64,000 nt of DNA. Origin: Daphnia carinata (lineage: Eukaryota). Below are positions 38,201 through 51,370 of this stretch, piece by piece (position 1 is the first letter of the stretch; every line of letters starts with the position of its first letter). A program made the position numbers and the translations under genes. Below the pieces are notes generated by a model. That model searched no databases. It saw only the letters and a program-made list of their open reading frames with translations, and was not told the DNA's origin. The DNA is taken from positions 8,308,001 through 8,372,000 of the forward strand of contig NC_081331.1 of NCBI RefSeq assembly GCF_022539665.2. Direction: 5' to 3'.

Positions 38201-41200
38201 TGGTCTGGCGACCGTATTTTGTTCATAAATATATGTCACCTATATCGATTACTAAGATAGAGGGCCACACTACGCGCATCGCAATTAGGTTACTGTTTAA
38301 CCTAATTTTGAGTTGACGTAGTAACTTAACTAAACTTGTAGTGCCTATTACGCGTGTGTGTTCTGCCCGAAAGGTAATATTGTATTATAATTTACTCCCT
38401 TGAATCTATTCTTATCATTTGTGCTATTACGCGTGTGTGTTCTGCCCGATAGACACACAAAGAATCACAGCAATACAAGGATTGCAAAGAAACCTTTCTC
38501 AGAAATCAGCGTGAGAACAACTGGTCCTTCGAACCGGAGAGAAGTTTAAGAAAATCAATTCAAGATAACGACACCCACATTGCATAATGGCAACAAGTAT
38601 TCCAACCTACGACGTGGCTAATCCCTTGACACCTGAGGTGTTAGCTAAGTTGGAGGGTGACAGGACAGTCACTCGCAGAAGAATTACAACTATCTGCCGA
38701 GAAGTCGAAAGCATTATAGATGCAAACGGCTCTATTGGGAGCCTGAAGGTAATGCTGACGAAGATTAGAACTTTGCTGTCAACACATGAGCAACTGAGTG
38801 AAATACTCATTGCACATAGTACATCAGAGGACGACACAGATAAACAGTTTCAAGCCCAGCTAAAGTATTTACGCAAGGTAGCAGACGTTGCTGACGCAAT
38901 CAAAGCTTACAGAGTGTCACAGAACGACGTCACCTCATCAACAGCATCATCGGCTGCAAGCGTCAAAAGCTCTCGTTCAAGCCAAAGGGGCCCACTATCA
39001 GAAACTGAGAAGAAATTGAAAGAGTTGGATGAAGAGAAAAGGAGGAAGAAGTTGGAATTTGAACAGGCAAATGAAAGGGCCAAGCAGGCCAAACAAGAGC
39101 TGGATCGTGTGGAAATGGAGCTAGAAAACCTGGATGTGGACGAATGGAAGTTGAGGCATCCAGGCTCCCCAGTAGAAGATGGCGCTGGAGGGCGAACAAA
39201 GGTAGAAGATTGGTTTCGAACGTTATCACCTAGCCAACCCGCAGAAAGCCAAGCACCAGATGGCTGGATTGAAGATTATTTGGCAGATAGGGTTGAAGTC
39301 TCTACACAGCGGTCGACCAAGTTTAAATCTGCAGATCTAGAATTCTACGGTGGGGACCCAATTGACTGGTTCTGCTGGATTGATTTATTCAAAGTATTAG
39401 TGCATGAAACCCCAAAGTCCCCTGGGGAGAAATTGGCGATTCTGAAAGGACACCTGACGGGAGAATGCCAAATGACAGTCAAGACGTTGGGTGGTGGAGA
39501 GCCGGCCTACAAAGAGGCCCTGAAGAGATTGAAGCAATCATTTGGAAGACGAGATGTGTTAAGGGTGGCACATTTACAAGCTTTGGAGCGCCTGGAAAGA
39601 GGAAATAATGCAACGGCATTCCAACGATTTGCTGATCGAGTGCGAGCCCATCTATTCGACTTGAGTAGGATAGGCGAGACTGCGCAGCCAGACATCATTG
39701 AAAAGATCTGCCGGAAGTTGGCCCAGCCCGACCGACTTGCGTGGAATGATAAGAAGCCGTATGGGGCCAGCGAAACGAGGTCATTAGAAGAATTTGCTGA
39801 TTGGCTATGCCAGCGAGCTGCGGCATACCAAAACGCCTACGAGATCGTCGCCGAATCAAGCGCAGAATCCGGAAAGAAGAATAGAACCCAGGGTCGATCG
39901 CACCAAACGTCGATTCAGATTCAGAAAGAAGGTAAACCAGGTGGAGACTCGCCTATTAAGAGAACTCCTTTTTGTTATCAGTGCAAAGGACAACATCGAT
40001 TGACTGACTGCCCAGCGTTTCAGAAGCTGGCGGTTGGAGAAAGATTCACGTTTGTCCAAACCCACCGATTGTGTTTCAACTGTTTAGGCGCCAATCATTC
40101 GGTGAGATTCTGCAACCAATGGAAAGAGTGCGGTGTGAACGGTTGCAACCGGCGTCATCACCATCTCCTACATCATGACGACAAACCAGCTGCAGCTAAG
40201 GGAGCATCAGCCAGATGCTCCAAAGACGAACTTCAGGAAGAGGTTGCGATGGGGGTGATGAATGTACGAGTCCAAAATTCCCGAGGAGAGTATGTGTGGG
40301 CCAATCTGTTCATCGATGAAGGAAGTAACACATCCCTGGCAAGAAGCGACTTCATTCGGAGTTTAGGAATAGATGGAGAGGATCAGAAATTAGAGATGAA
40401 AGGAATCGGGGGAGTCAGCCGCTGTTACAACACATCCAAAGAAGTAATCCTGACCGTTAGGTTATTGACAGGAGGGGAGACCACCATTAAGGTTTCCACG
40501 ATGCCGAGGGTAACAGATCCCATTCCGTACGTCGATTGGAACAAACTGAAGACCCGTTGGAAACATCTCAAATCCCTACCGATCAAATCAGCAGGAGGGC
40601 AGGTGGACTTGTTGATTGGAGTTGATCATTACCACCTCATCGTCCCGACCGAGTCTAGGGTCGGAGAAGAGGGAGAACCGAGTGCAGTAAAAACACAATT
40701 CGGATGGTACGCTCGTGGAGTCATCGGAAGCAAGTTAAGAAGACCACCAACTAGCCACACTGTTAGAGCCGTGCGCAGCTATTCGTTACGAGTCAACGCC
40801 GCATTGGAGAAGGAGCTTCGAGGATTTTGTGAAACGGAGAATTTTGGCACTGAAACCCCAAGACTTGTGATGCCACCCGAAGACGAAAGGGCGGTGAAGA
40901 TTGTCGAGGAGGGAACCAGGAAGCTAGAAATAGGATATGAGGTGCCAATACCATGGAAGGAAGGAGAACCTTCACTTCCAGATAACAAGAGGCTGGCGCT
41001 TTACCGCTTACATGATTTGTTTAAACGGTTTGATCGAGATCCGGACTTCAAGGCGGCGTACCAAATGGCTCAAGAAATACATCGATGCGGGATACGTGAG
41101 CGAGGTGGAAGAGGAAGGTGACCCGATCAGCGCGCAATACTTCCTAGCCCACCATGGTGTTTACAAGAAGTCGGCGTCGGAGAGGAAGCTGAGAATAGTG

Positions 41201-44200
41201 TTCGACTCAGCGGCCCAATTCCAAGGAAAGTGTTTGAATTATGCGATGCTGACCGGACCGACACTTCAGAATATGCTGCCATCTGTGCTGATAAAGTTTA
41301 GAGAAGCGGAAGTTGCATTTACTGCGGACATCGAGGCGATGTTTAGTAGAATTCGATTGAGACCACAAGATGCCCGTTACCACCGTTTCCTGTGGCGAGA
41401 GGATGGATCGTCCGAAATCAAGACTCTTCAAATGGATCGGCTGGCGTTCGGTGACAGATGCTCTCCATTTATTGCAATCAACACGATACGAAGGGCGGCC
41501 GCAGATTCCGGTGTCGGGGGAGAAGCGGCAGACGCGGTTCACAACAATCTGTACATGGACGATTACTTGGATTCAGCCAAGAATGTGGATTTAGCAGTTG
41601 AGCGGGCCACTGGCGTAAAAGAAATTCTGGCGGCGGGAGACTTCCATTTTAAGACATGGCTTTCAAATTCTCCTGACTTTCTAAGGGCGATGGGTGTGGA
41701 TCCGTCGGAAAAAGAAGATGACCATCCACTATCAGTTCCGGACGACTCCACAAAAATTCTAGGCGCATGTTGGAGGCCTAATCGAGACGTCCTGACCTTC
41801 GTCCTATCGGAGTTAAGTGAGGTGGAGTTTACCCGAGCTGGATTGGCGAGGAAGGTGGCCGGACTGTACGATCCACTAGGACTAGCCGCACCGACAATAA
41901 TTAAGGCCAAAATTCGTCTGCGGGAGCTTGGAACGCGCGGCCTGGATTGGTGCGACGAAGTTGATCCCGAGGATAAGGATTGGTGGAGGAGATGGATCAC
42001 TTCATTGGCAGTATTGAATAAGTTAGAGGTCCCGCGCTGTTTATTTCCGGATCGAGAAAAAATATGTCGATCAGAGCTGCACACCTTTGCGGATGCATCC
42101 CAGGAGGCGTTCGCGGCAGCGGTCTATATCCGGAACCAGTATGCGGATGGAGCCAACTTGAACTTAATCATGGCAAAGACAAAGCTAGCTCCTAAAAAAA
42201 CTATCTCTATTCCAAAATTGGAGTTGCAGGCAGCTTTATTGGGAGCCCGGCTGGCTGATTTCGTCTCCAAGTCTCTTCGAGAACCCATAAGGAGCCGTAA
42301 ATTCTGGACGGATTCTTCATGTGTGCGGAATTGGATCCGGTCAAACGCGGCGTACTACAAACCTTTTGTGGATCATCGGATCGGTGAGATTCAAACCTTG
42401 ACTAGGCCGGAGGAGTGGAGATACGTACCCGGAAAATTGAACTGTAGCGATGTGGCCACTCGGTCCTCGCTCGAATCGGACCATCAAATTCCAAATTCGT
42501 GGGTCAAGGGTCCTGACTTCCTGTACCAAACCGAAGATTGTTGGCCACAGGATCTACCTTGGATGAAAGTGACGGAGGAAGGTCGGTCCACCCGCGAGAG
42601 TCGGTGTCACATCGCTATCAACACCGAAAATGCTTGGGAGTCAGTGAAGATTGATATCAGTGAAATTCCAGCGCTTATTCAACTGGAGGAGAGGTATATG
42701 CAATTACTGAAAGCTTGTCAAGAGGAGTCATTCGTGGAGGAGCTGAGGCGGTTGAAGAGACTACAGCCGTTGAAAAATGACTCCAAATTACTCTCGCTTT
42801 CGCCTTTCATGAGCCCAGATGGTCTTATTCGTTTAGGTGGTCGCGTTGGAAAGGCAGCATTACCCTATGACAACCGTCATCCAATCATACTGCCGTCACA
42901 ACACCCCCTAACGGAACGAATAATCGAGGCCTTCCATCGCAACTTACATCACCTCGGCGTGGACTTCGTACTTGCCCACATTAGACAGCATTTTTGGATA
43001 GTCGATGGTCGGGAAGCCGTGAAACGAGTGAAAAGGAAATGTCTGGAGTGTCTGAAAGAGAGAGTCAAACCCGGAATTCAGCAGATGGCGGAGCTGCCGG
43101 TGGAGAGGCTCGATATGTTCGCCCCTCCTTTCACGCATACCGCTGTGGATTACTTCGGACCGATGGAGACGAGTAATTACAGAAATCGCACCCTGAAGAG
43201 ATATGGAGCGCTATTCACGTGCCTCACTACAAGAGCCGTGTTCCTCGACTTAGCAGACGACCTGACATCTGATCAATTCTTGTTGGTTCTACGGAGGTTC
43301 ATCGGAATTTACAACCAGCCAAGATCTATGCATTCGGACAATGGCACCAATTTTGTTGGGGCGGAAAGGGAATTAAGGGAGCTTCTTACCAATATTCAAC
43401 AACCGGGGGAGCTGAGTGATTTCATCAAGAAACGGCGAATACATTGGAGTTTCCAGCCACCGAGAGCTCCTCACTTCGGAGGCGCCCATGAAAGTCTCGT
43501 GAAGTCAGCAAAGAAGGCCCTCTACCGAGCTCTGGAGATTGAGAAGTCGCAATTTCGCCATCCAACGGATAGTGTACTCCGCACTGTCCTGTTTGAGGTA
43601 GCTGGCTTGCTAAATAGTCGCCCGCTCACGTACGTGAGTTCGGATCCAGTGGATGTTAGGCCGTTGACTCCAAACGATCTAATGAACCGATCACCTGTCA
43701 TCTACTCACCGGCCGGCGAGTTCGCAGATGCCCTACCGCGGGAGAATTTCCATTACGTGCAAAAGTTAGTGAATCTCTTCTGGGATCTGTGGCGAAAATC
43801 CTACCTTCCTTCCCTGATCGCACGAAAGAAGTGGAGAACAAAAATGAGGAATTTCCAGAAGGGGGACGTCGTTCTTCTAGTGGAACCAAACCTTCCCCGT
43901 GGAAAATGGAATATTGGACGAGTCGAAGAAACATTTCCCGGAGACGACGGTCTAGTTCGCGTCGTCAAGGTCTCCACGAAGGAGGGGACGTACGTGCGCG
44001 CCATAGAGAAAATTTGCCTTCTAGAGGCCGAAGAGTCCCATCTTCCTAAGTAGACAGAAGATGGACGGAGGAGGATGGTCTGGCGACCGTATTTTGTTCA
44101 TAAATATATGTCACCTATATCGATTACTAAGATAGAGGGCCACACCACGCGCATCGCAATTAGGTTACTGTTTAACCTAATTTTGAGTTGACGTAGTAAC

Positions 44201-44394
44201 TTAACTAAACTTGTAGTGCCTATTACGCGTGTGTGTTCTGCCCGATAGGTAATATTGTATTATAATTTACTCCCTTGAATCTATTCTTATCATTTGTGCT
44301 ATTACGCGTGTGTGTTCTGCCCGATAGACACACAAAGAATCACAGCAATACAAGGATTGCAAAGAAACCTTTCTCAGAAATCAGCGTGAGAACA
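38201..44394 (+). mobile_element. BEL/Pao LTR retrotransposon 2, young and nearly intact (6.2 kb)
   Basis: 319-bp LTRs at 38201-38519 and 44076-44394, with two substitutions seen. TSD GTATG. PBS TGGTCCTTCGAACCGGA (tRNA-Tyr, 38522-38538). PPT GGACGGAGGAGGA (44063-44075). Confidence 0.97.
38587..44053 (+). CDS. BEL/Pao gag-pol polyprotein, split by one frameshift near 41070
   Basis: ORFs 38587-41121 and 40937-44053. Triple Cys/His Gag (CYQC..H..C, CFNC..H..C, C..C..HH), protease FIDEGS, RT YMDD, RNase H FADAS/IPKLEL, integrase HHCC plus VDYFGP, SDNGTNF and GGAHES. Confidence 0.93.
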
Positions 44395-44399
44395 GTATG

Positions 44400-47068
44400 A
44401 AGCGTACATCAAACAAGGCATGAATTTTTTTGGATTGTGTAGGCCTACACTGTTGGAATATTTTTTAACATGTTTTCCTTACTATAACAATATTGAGCTG
44501 TAGCTACTCAAAATATCAGATTGTGGCTCGTTTGAAAATGTGGACTCTAGTGAAAGTGTTTCTGGAAATACGAGGTATTATCTTTTGAACAATAAATTGT
44601 TATTCTTGCCATCTAATTACAAAAAATATCTACCTTTACGCTACTGCAGTAAATGATAATAAATTATTTGACTTCACTAGCAATACTTTTTTCCAGGGTT
44701 AATGAAAAAAATTGGAGTTTGGAAATAAAATTGAAATAAAAAATTGGAAAAAGCCAACTGAATTCTTTGAGTAAACCAAAACCCCTTAAGTTTTCAACGA
44801 TACCAGATTTAATGCCAAAAGACACTACTTGGTATGTAGTCATTTAACTATACAATTTTCATTCATTAATTTTTTAAAACGTTTATAGTCTTATGATCCC
44901 GACAATTTGCTTGGACATGGAAAAATGGAGACATGGAAAAGGAAAGAAAAATGAAGAGCTGCCGTGGGCAAATGGAAGGAAAACTCCGAGACTCCAACTA
45001 AAACTAGTAATCCACCTGACAAACGTACTGCAATACGTTGTTCACTGATTATGTTTTTTTCAAACAAAATTTCCTGATATAGACGTTTTGCTCTTGCATG
45101 TTGTGGAGAAGATTGGTTTTAAAACCCTTGTTTCAAGTTTGGCGCCGCATTTGCAATTACGTAGGTGAACGTTCTTTACCAACACGTTGGAAACAAAATT
45201 CGAAGAAAGAAAATTACAACTACAAACTGCTCTTTCACTGTGCACTGATGCTGCAGTTAATATAGATACCTGGGCTTGTAGGAGAAGGTCTTACCTTGGA
45301 GAGACAATACACTGATTCAGTTACGAAACCTTAAAGAGAAAAAGTGCATGTCTTCCTACTCGCCGTATCTTTGGACGGCACACATTCGACATTTTATCTA
45401 ACATGATTGAATCAATCCAGGAAAAGTATAAAGTGAAAGACAAGTTACGTGGCGCAACAACGGATAATGGTTCAAACTTCACTAAGCGTTTCCAAGAAAG
45501 AGTGCAACATCAATTGCGGAGTACGATTCCTTAATTCAAGAAGAAGAAGATGAATATCTCGGTATCGAAGCGGACGTTATAAGAGATGATTTACTAGAGA
45601 TGACTTTAAATAGAAGAAATCCTTGGTGATCCTGTGCTAAACGTTGATGGAATTGTCTCTGTAAATGTTACTCTTCCAGTTCACCATCGCGCTTGTCTTC
45701 GTTTAAGCCTGGTTTCTAAAGTTGAAGTACAGATGATTCAGGATTATATGTTCCTTTTCACCAAAGCAATAAATAGTTCAAGCAAAAATGAAATGTATAA
45801 CTTGCGTAGGAACATCTATGAGTAAAATTTCAATAGTTACGGCATGGCTTTTGTTAAAGAGGAACTAATAACCTCATCTTAACTCTGAGAGGACCACCTA
45901 CATCTCTGGCATGAACTCGCATTTTCCCCGCATTTGCGAATGATTTTTGACGTCCTTCGTGTCTAGTTTTCCACGTTACGCACAATTCCAAGGAGCTATT
46001 GGTTACCTAATTACACATCATATACTACACTGAAATTTAAGGAAGCTTTGCACTTGACGTTAGCAAAGCTTTCCTGTTGGAGAAATAGGAACTCCATGCT
46101 GGAGAAATAGGACCTCCATTGTGGAGAAACAGGACCTTCGTGCTGGAGAAATAGGACCGTCAAGATGGAGAAAAACGACCCAAAGAAAAGTGGTTGCAAA
46201 TGCGGTCCTAATTCTCCGGATCCTCCAGGTTCTATTGTGAAGCCTTAAATCTCCGTGTTCTATTTCTCCAGGTCCTATTTCTCCGGCAATTCGATGCCTT
46301 CTATCGTTCACTAGCAGCCTTTAGTAACAAACCTGTTCGATTCAATTCACTTTCGGTATTTAATCCCTAAACCTACTAGTTGTTTATTATAATAACTGTT
46401 TAAACTATTTTTAGATGTGAGAAAATGTTTTCCGATAATGAGCTGCGATTGGCTACAGTCTCAAACCTGGTGTTCAAACTATCGTGGCTAGAAAGTGATG
46501 GCAAAATGAGAAGAGCAGAACCTATATTAGAGTGCGAATACCAACGCTTACAGGGTGTTGGGGAAACGTCTGACTCGTAAGTCATTAAATACTTTGTATG
46601 TATGTAATACACAAGTCAAATAATCATTTAATTTTTTTACAGTTCAGAGGAAAGCAGCGATGGGATATCATCATCTCGATCCGACCAGTCCACTAAAAAA
46701 GAAAAAAGACCAACTTCTTCTCCATTAGGTAAAATTGAATAAACCCTAAACTGACGATGAAGTACATAATTATCTCAAGTTCTGTCATAATTTAGAGCAG
46801 TTAAACGAATATTCAGCTATTTAATTATTTACAAGTAAGTAGTGCTTTTCTAGTATTATATATACTGCTGTGAAAAATATTTCTCACAAATAATGCGACA
46901 TCCCTATTTCCAGGCGGTATAACGTGACCATTCCTCCTTCGGCAGCAGTGGAGAAGCTCTTCAGTCAGGGTAGCTTAATTTATTCAGCTAATAGATTAAA
47001 ATTAACTTACAAACACTTCGAGATGTTGCTATTTTTTTAAACAAATGCATCTGTAGCCAATGAATGAT
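44400..47068 (+). pseudogene. hAT transposase pseudogene (3' part)
   Basis: IDTWACRRRSYLGETIH, GRHTFD, ATTDNGSNF, HRAC, ATVSNLVFKLSWL and the hATC motif PSSAAVEKLFSQG...HFEMLLF. Contains introns, stops and an internal deletion/insert. Confidence 0.88.
46079..46292. repeat. 22-bp-period GGAGAAATAGGAC array with inverted copies; probable MITE remnant inside the hAT
   Basis: Five direct copies at 46079-46180 with variable ~10-nt linkers. Reverse-complement copies GTCCTATTTCTCC at 46204-46285. Confidence 0.7.
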
Positions 47069-48652
47069 GATTTGTTTTCAAATTAAATTTTTGTTCGAAA
47101 TACACAACACGTAAAACTTAAAATATTTAAATACTTATTTGTATTTCTGAAATAACTAGCTGTGGTAAAACATTATGAAAAATTTAAAATGAACACCAGT
47201 ATAATATGGAATTCTTTAAGTTAAATGCTACATTAATTAAACAGTGTGAATTTTCAGCATTAGATGTCTGACATAAATGATCGGTAAAATTGATAACCAA
47301 TTGCAATCGGAAAATTGACCGCCGCGGCAAGTCTGTTTGTAACAGATATAAGGTTATTTTAAGATCCTACTCGTCTTTTAAGGGTTTTTTTGCAACTGAG
47401 ATTTGAAACGAGATAATGATGAATGGAAGAAGTATGGCAGAAGCAGCCTACTAAAGCTGCTAATCTGGCAAAACGAATATTAGTACCATTATCTTTTTTT
47501 CAATTATATAGTAAAGTATAACTTTCATCTCTAAAATTCGTTCGGATCCTAACTATATTGATGGTTATCACCCATCTCCTTATCCAATAACGTGGACTTT
47601 TTTATTTGATGCACTGGTTGTTGTACTCAACTTTGATCAAAAACTTCTGATTTGCTGATGTGAACAGCTTGTCATCCTAACTATTAACGAAGAAGATCCT
47701 GAATACATATCTGAATTTGTTGCAGTTATGCAGTCCATTTCAATTTATTTGGAAGTTCTTCAGATTGAAGGCAGCAGTCTTTTGTTCCATGTTCCGTCGA
47801 AATTAACAAGAAGCAGTTAATGTATAAAATAATAGATAAAAGTTTTAAGGTTTAGCGCAATACATAGCCAGTTACTTGGGAAACTTAGGTAGAAGTAACA
47901 AGTATTTGAAATTTGTTGCCTACTGACCGTGTGATATATTGCCTACTTTAGATTTGTTAATCAATTCACTAAAGATAATTACATATTAGCATTATTCTCC
48001 CATCTCAAAATCAAGTTTGCCTAATCGTCCTTCAACGATGACAGAGAAGACCCTGCAGTAGACTGGATTCTAGCCTCAATTGTTTTTCTAGACAAGGTTC
48101 CGTGCACTTCTTCGTTCACAAATAATGAACCTTATAGTTTTACTAACGATGATACCTTCCCAAGGAGATAAATTAGATCTTTATTTATCTGACACTGGTT
48201 GGTTAGTGTGAGACAGACACCCATATGTCTATTTTATTCAAGTACAACAGTTCTCCAGTAGCACGTCTCTTGAGCTATGCTTCTTTGTGTTAACTACAAG
48301 AAGTCTGTTGCGGGACAAATTATTGGGGTACAAAAAATGTTTAAAATCCACAAAAAATTCTGATAAACCCAATTTTATATATTTTTTCTGGTTATTTATT
48401 CATTGTGTCTCATTAGTTATAAAAGATTGATCTAAATTTTTTCTTTTTTAAAAATCATTTTTGATTGATTTGCCGCATACTGTAAATAGAGAACGACGCA
48501 CACACAAAAATTGAGATCAAGTAGTGATGTTCCCAATATATGAAACAAAGAGGAAAGGGGTATGGTGGCATTTGCATAGAGCCTGTTCTCACCGCACCAT
48601 GAAGTCTGTTCTAACCACATTGCATATACACATATGCAATGTCAAAGTCAAA

Positions 48653-49218
48653 GGGCGCATTTTGGCATCAGCCTTTTGTTGACCCTTTTTAGTTAAACTT
48701 TTAGTGAAAGTTAATGCTAAAACGGTAGTTCAGCGAACTGAAACTGAACCGAAAAAGTTGAGAAGGGGAGGAGTTGAAGTTCAACTTTTTCAGTTGAACT
48801 GCCCACTGACCTTGGGCGCATTTTGGCGTCAACCATTTGTTGAACCTTTTTAGTTCAACTTTTCGTCAAAGTTGACGCCAAAATGGAAGTTCATCGCTAC
48901 AGTTGAGAAAGGGGAGGAGTTGCAGTTCAGTTGAAGGTCAACGGTGGTCTGGACCACCGTTGAAAAAACTCAACTGTCTCAGTTGAACCTCCCACTGGCG
49001 TTGTCGCCAAAACGGTCGCCTAGTTGAACCACCGGGCAACTACCGGGCAGTTGACGCAAAAATACAAGTTCACTAAAAAAGTTGAACTAAAAGTAGACGC
49101 CAAAATGCGCCCCTTGTCGCCAAAACGTTTTCCTAGTTAAGCCATCTACCGGACAGTTGACACAAAAACGCAAGTTCACTGACAAAGTTCAACTAAAGGT
49201 AGACGCCAAAATGCGCCC
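48653..49218. mobile_element. Older Harbinger-type MITE containing a younger copy of the same family
   Basis: Outer TIRs GGGCGCATTTTGGCATC (48653) and GACGCCAAAATGCGCCC (49218). Internal sequence is diverged. Confidence 0.8.
48814..49112. mobile_element. Harbinger-type MITE, young copy
   Basis: Same TIR, 3-bp TSD CTT. It is the reverse complement of 4609-4900 with a few substitutions and a 7-bp indel. Confidence 0.9.
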
Positions 49219-50392
49219 ATATATATATATAGTTGGGTCACTCCACGTTAAATTCTGCCCCTAGGCGAGGATGCATCTTTCGTTTCAGCGAGACGAAAAA
49301 CCCTGCCACCTGGTGGTGGTTGTTACATCATCACACAATGCCCGCTTGATTTAAATTCAAAGTTTACAACTTTTGCTACTTAGCCTTTGCACATTTATAT
49401 TAAATGACGAAGTTTTAATAAATTATGTTTACAAAACCCAGCTTGAAAGATACAGGTGCATTTTATTATACAATTTTAAAATTACACTTACAACAAAACA
49501 GTTACGTAAGCAAGCATATAGGTATGTCTTCGTTAAATCCAAACGCACGATCCGACGATGTTAAAAAATGGCGCTGCATCGCAGGACTCGGAAGCGGAAG
49601 TATATTACTTTCTCTAATAGAATGGGAAGCTGCATGGCTTTTCATAAATAGCAATATAGTGTCAATTAGAAATGCGCATTCGTAACGCATTCCTTTTTAA
49701 AACTTAGCTTTTGCTGATATAGCTGTTTATTAAAAAATGCCCTTGCTACTTGCTGTTACTGTACCAAGAAATTTTTTTTTTTATATCGACCAACATTTTT
49801 ATGATAGTGCTACTTTACTTCAGGTTGGATTTCACTGTTAGAGTTTTAGGCCCAGAATCTTACGTATTTTCTTTCGTTATTATTAGCTTGTTCGTTTTTT
49901 GTAATTCAGCCATTTCCACAACAACATCCTATAAAGATAAAAGTCTAAAAATTAAGTCTAGCTGAAATAAATTACCAGTAAATTGAACGACCCCCTAGAA
50001 TTTCATACAATCATTTGAATCAACGGTAAGCTTTAGTGCGGAAGTTACCTTAGAAAATGCTAGTAGCTCAATTGTCAACAAAACGAAAACAAATTTATTA
50101 ATGAAAACAGTAATCAAAGCGAAAATTAGGAAACTTGTTTACTGGGAACATCAGGATAATCATTTTTTAGCGAGATTCCGTGTGACACGATTCATAGCTG
50201 TGAAATCAACAGTTGGAGGTAATATAGCTACTAAAGGGTCCTCTGTTAACCAACAAAAGCAATCTTCATTAATGAAACACATATCCAAAAGTTACCATAC
50301 TTTGATTGCTGAAAACATCATGGTAATTTCAGTAAGACTATCAACGACAGTGCTCATTGCTGCAGAATTAATAGTTGGAGGGGATGTAAGGT
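49219..50392 (+). pseudogene. Degraded 5' part of a P-like transposase element
   Basis: IFINETHIQKLPYFD..KHHG (~50262-50325) resembles the first catalytic-Asp motif of P transposases. AAAAACCCTGCCACCT (~49296) is shared with the P-like element at ~62632. Confidence 0.4.
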
Positions 50393-51370
50393 AAAAGAGC
50401 GAATTGGGACACAGGCCCGGTTCCTGCTAATTTGGGACAAAAAACATACATTTCGTCGCATCACGAATGGTATACTGATAGGGGTTCTATTGGGACATCT
50501 TATAGGCGAATTATAAACTAAAAGGGGGGTTACGCAATTTATCAAAAGGGCAAAATTTAAAACATAACAATATTCGAGAAAACGGTAATTGAAATCTGTG
50601 CGTTTTGCTTGCGGGCGAAAAACCTAAACAGCGTACGATTTGTTAGCTGACACCTGGACGGCACAGGAAATTTCTAAGGTAAAATTGAAGAAACCCATTA
50701 AATAATTATATCAAACAGTAGAGCAAGTTAAGTTCTACAGATTAAGTACAAGTCTGTCCCATTAAATGCTAGTATTATTCTAATATTACAAACCAGAAAA
50801 AACCCCCATTCCTGCTAATTTGGGACAGCCGACGCTAATTTAGGACACAGATATTTTCGAAAAAAAAAAAACTTTTTTTCAATATTTTTACATCAATCGA
50901 CGCAGAATTCAAAAATAAATCGATTGATGTAGGATATTTATCCGTTTTTTGAATCATTTTCATAGAAATAACGCAAAAATACTTTAGGGACTTAGAATCT
51001 AGTCTGGTTCATCCACGCAGCTTTTTTAAAAAATTAATTTACATTCTTTCACTTTTTTTTTCGTAACTTCAAAGCCAATAAACTTTTTATATTTTTAAAG
51101 GTAATTCAGTATTTTTTATTTCATTTTACCAGTGACTAAACGAGAAATTTTTCGGAAACTGTTGTCCCTTATTGGGACACAAGTTTATTTGTAGTTTTTT
51201 TCAGAAATTTCAGTGGTTTTTCACGCTTTTCATGTTCCTTTTACTTGTCGTAGAAGAAATTTGTTAATAAGTCATTGGTTTTAAGTAAAAATTAAAAAAA
51301 AACTGTTTTGTTGTTCTCGTCATAGCCCCATTTGATTGTGCTTTAAGCGAAAGCGCTAATTCTGGACACT
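50389..51370. repeat. Terminal region of an unclassified DNA transposon with TTGGGACA subterminal repeats
   Basis: At least seven (T)TGGGACA-like motifs between 50405 and 51370. It starts after a TA. No matching opposite end was found. Confidence 0.4.

Larger units (their letters stand above)
29027..47335 (+). mobile_element. hAT DNA transposon carrying a nested solo LTR, two BEL/Pao elements and a repeat insert
   Basis: Right TIR CGCGGCAAGTCTG ends at 47335. Left subterminal GATCG repeats (29027-29068, 29450-29550) resemble the 5700-6054 MITE, but the left TIR itself is missing. Transposase pieces run from an ATG at 29721 to ~47068. Confidence 0.8.

Noticed and set aside
40312..40330. Protease motif DEG instead of DSG/DTG
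   Set aside because: The catalytic Asp is retained and such variants occur among Pao-type proteases, so it is not evidence of novelty.
46079..46180. Repeat-spacer-like array resembling CRISPR
   Set aside because: Repeats are only ~12 bp with related 10-nt linkers, inverted copies lie nearby, there are no cas genes and the context is eukaryotic. It fits MITE subterminal repeats.
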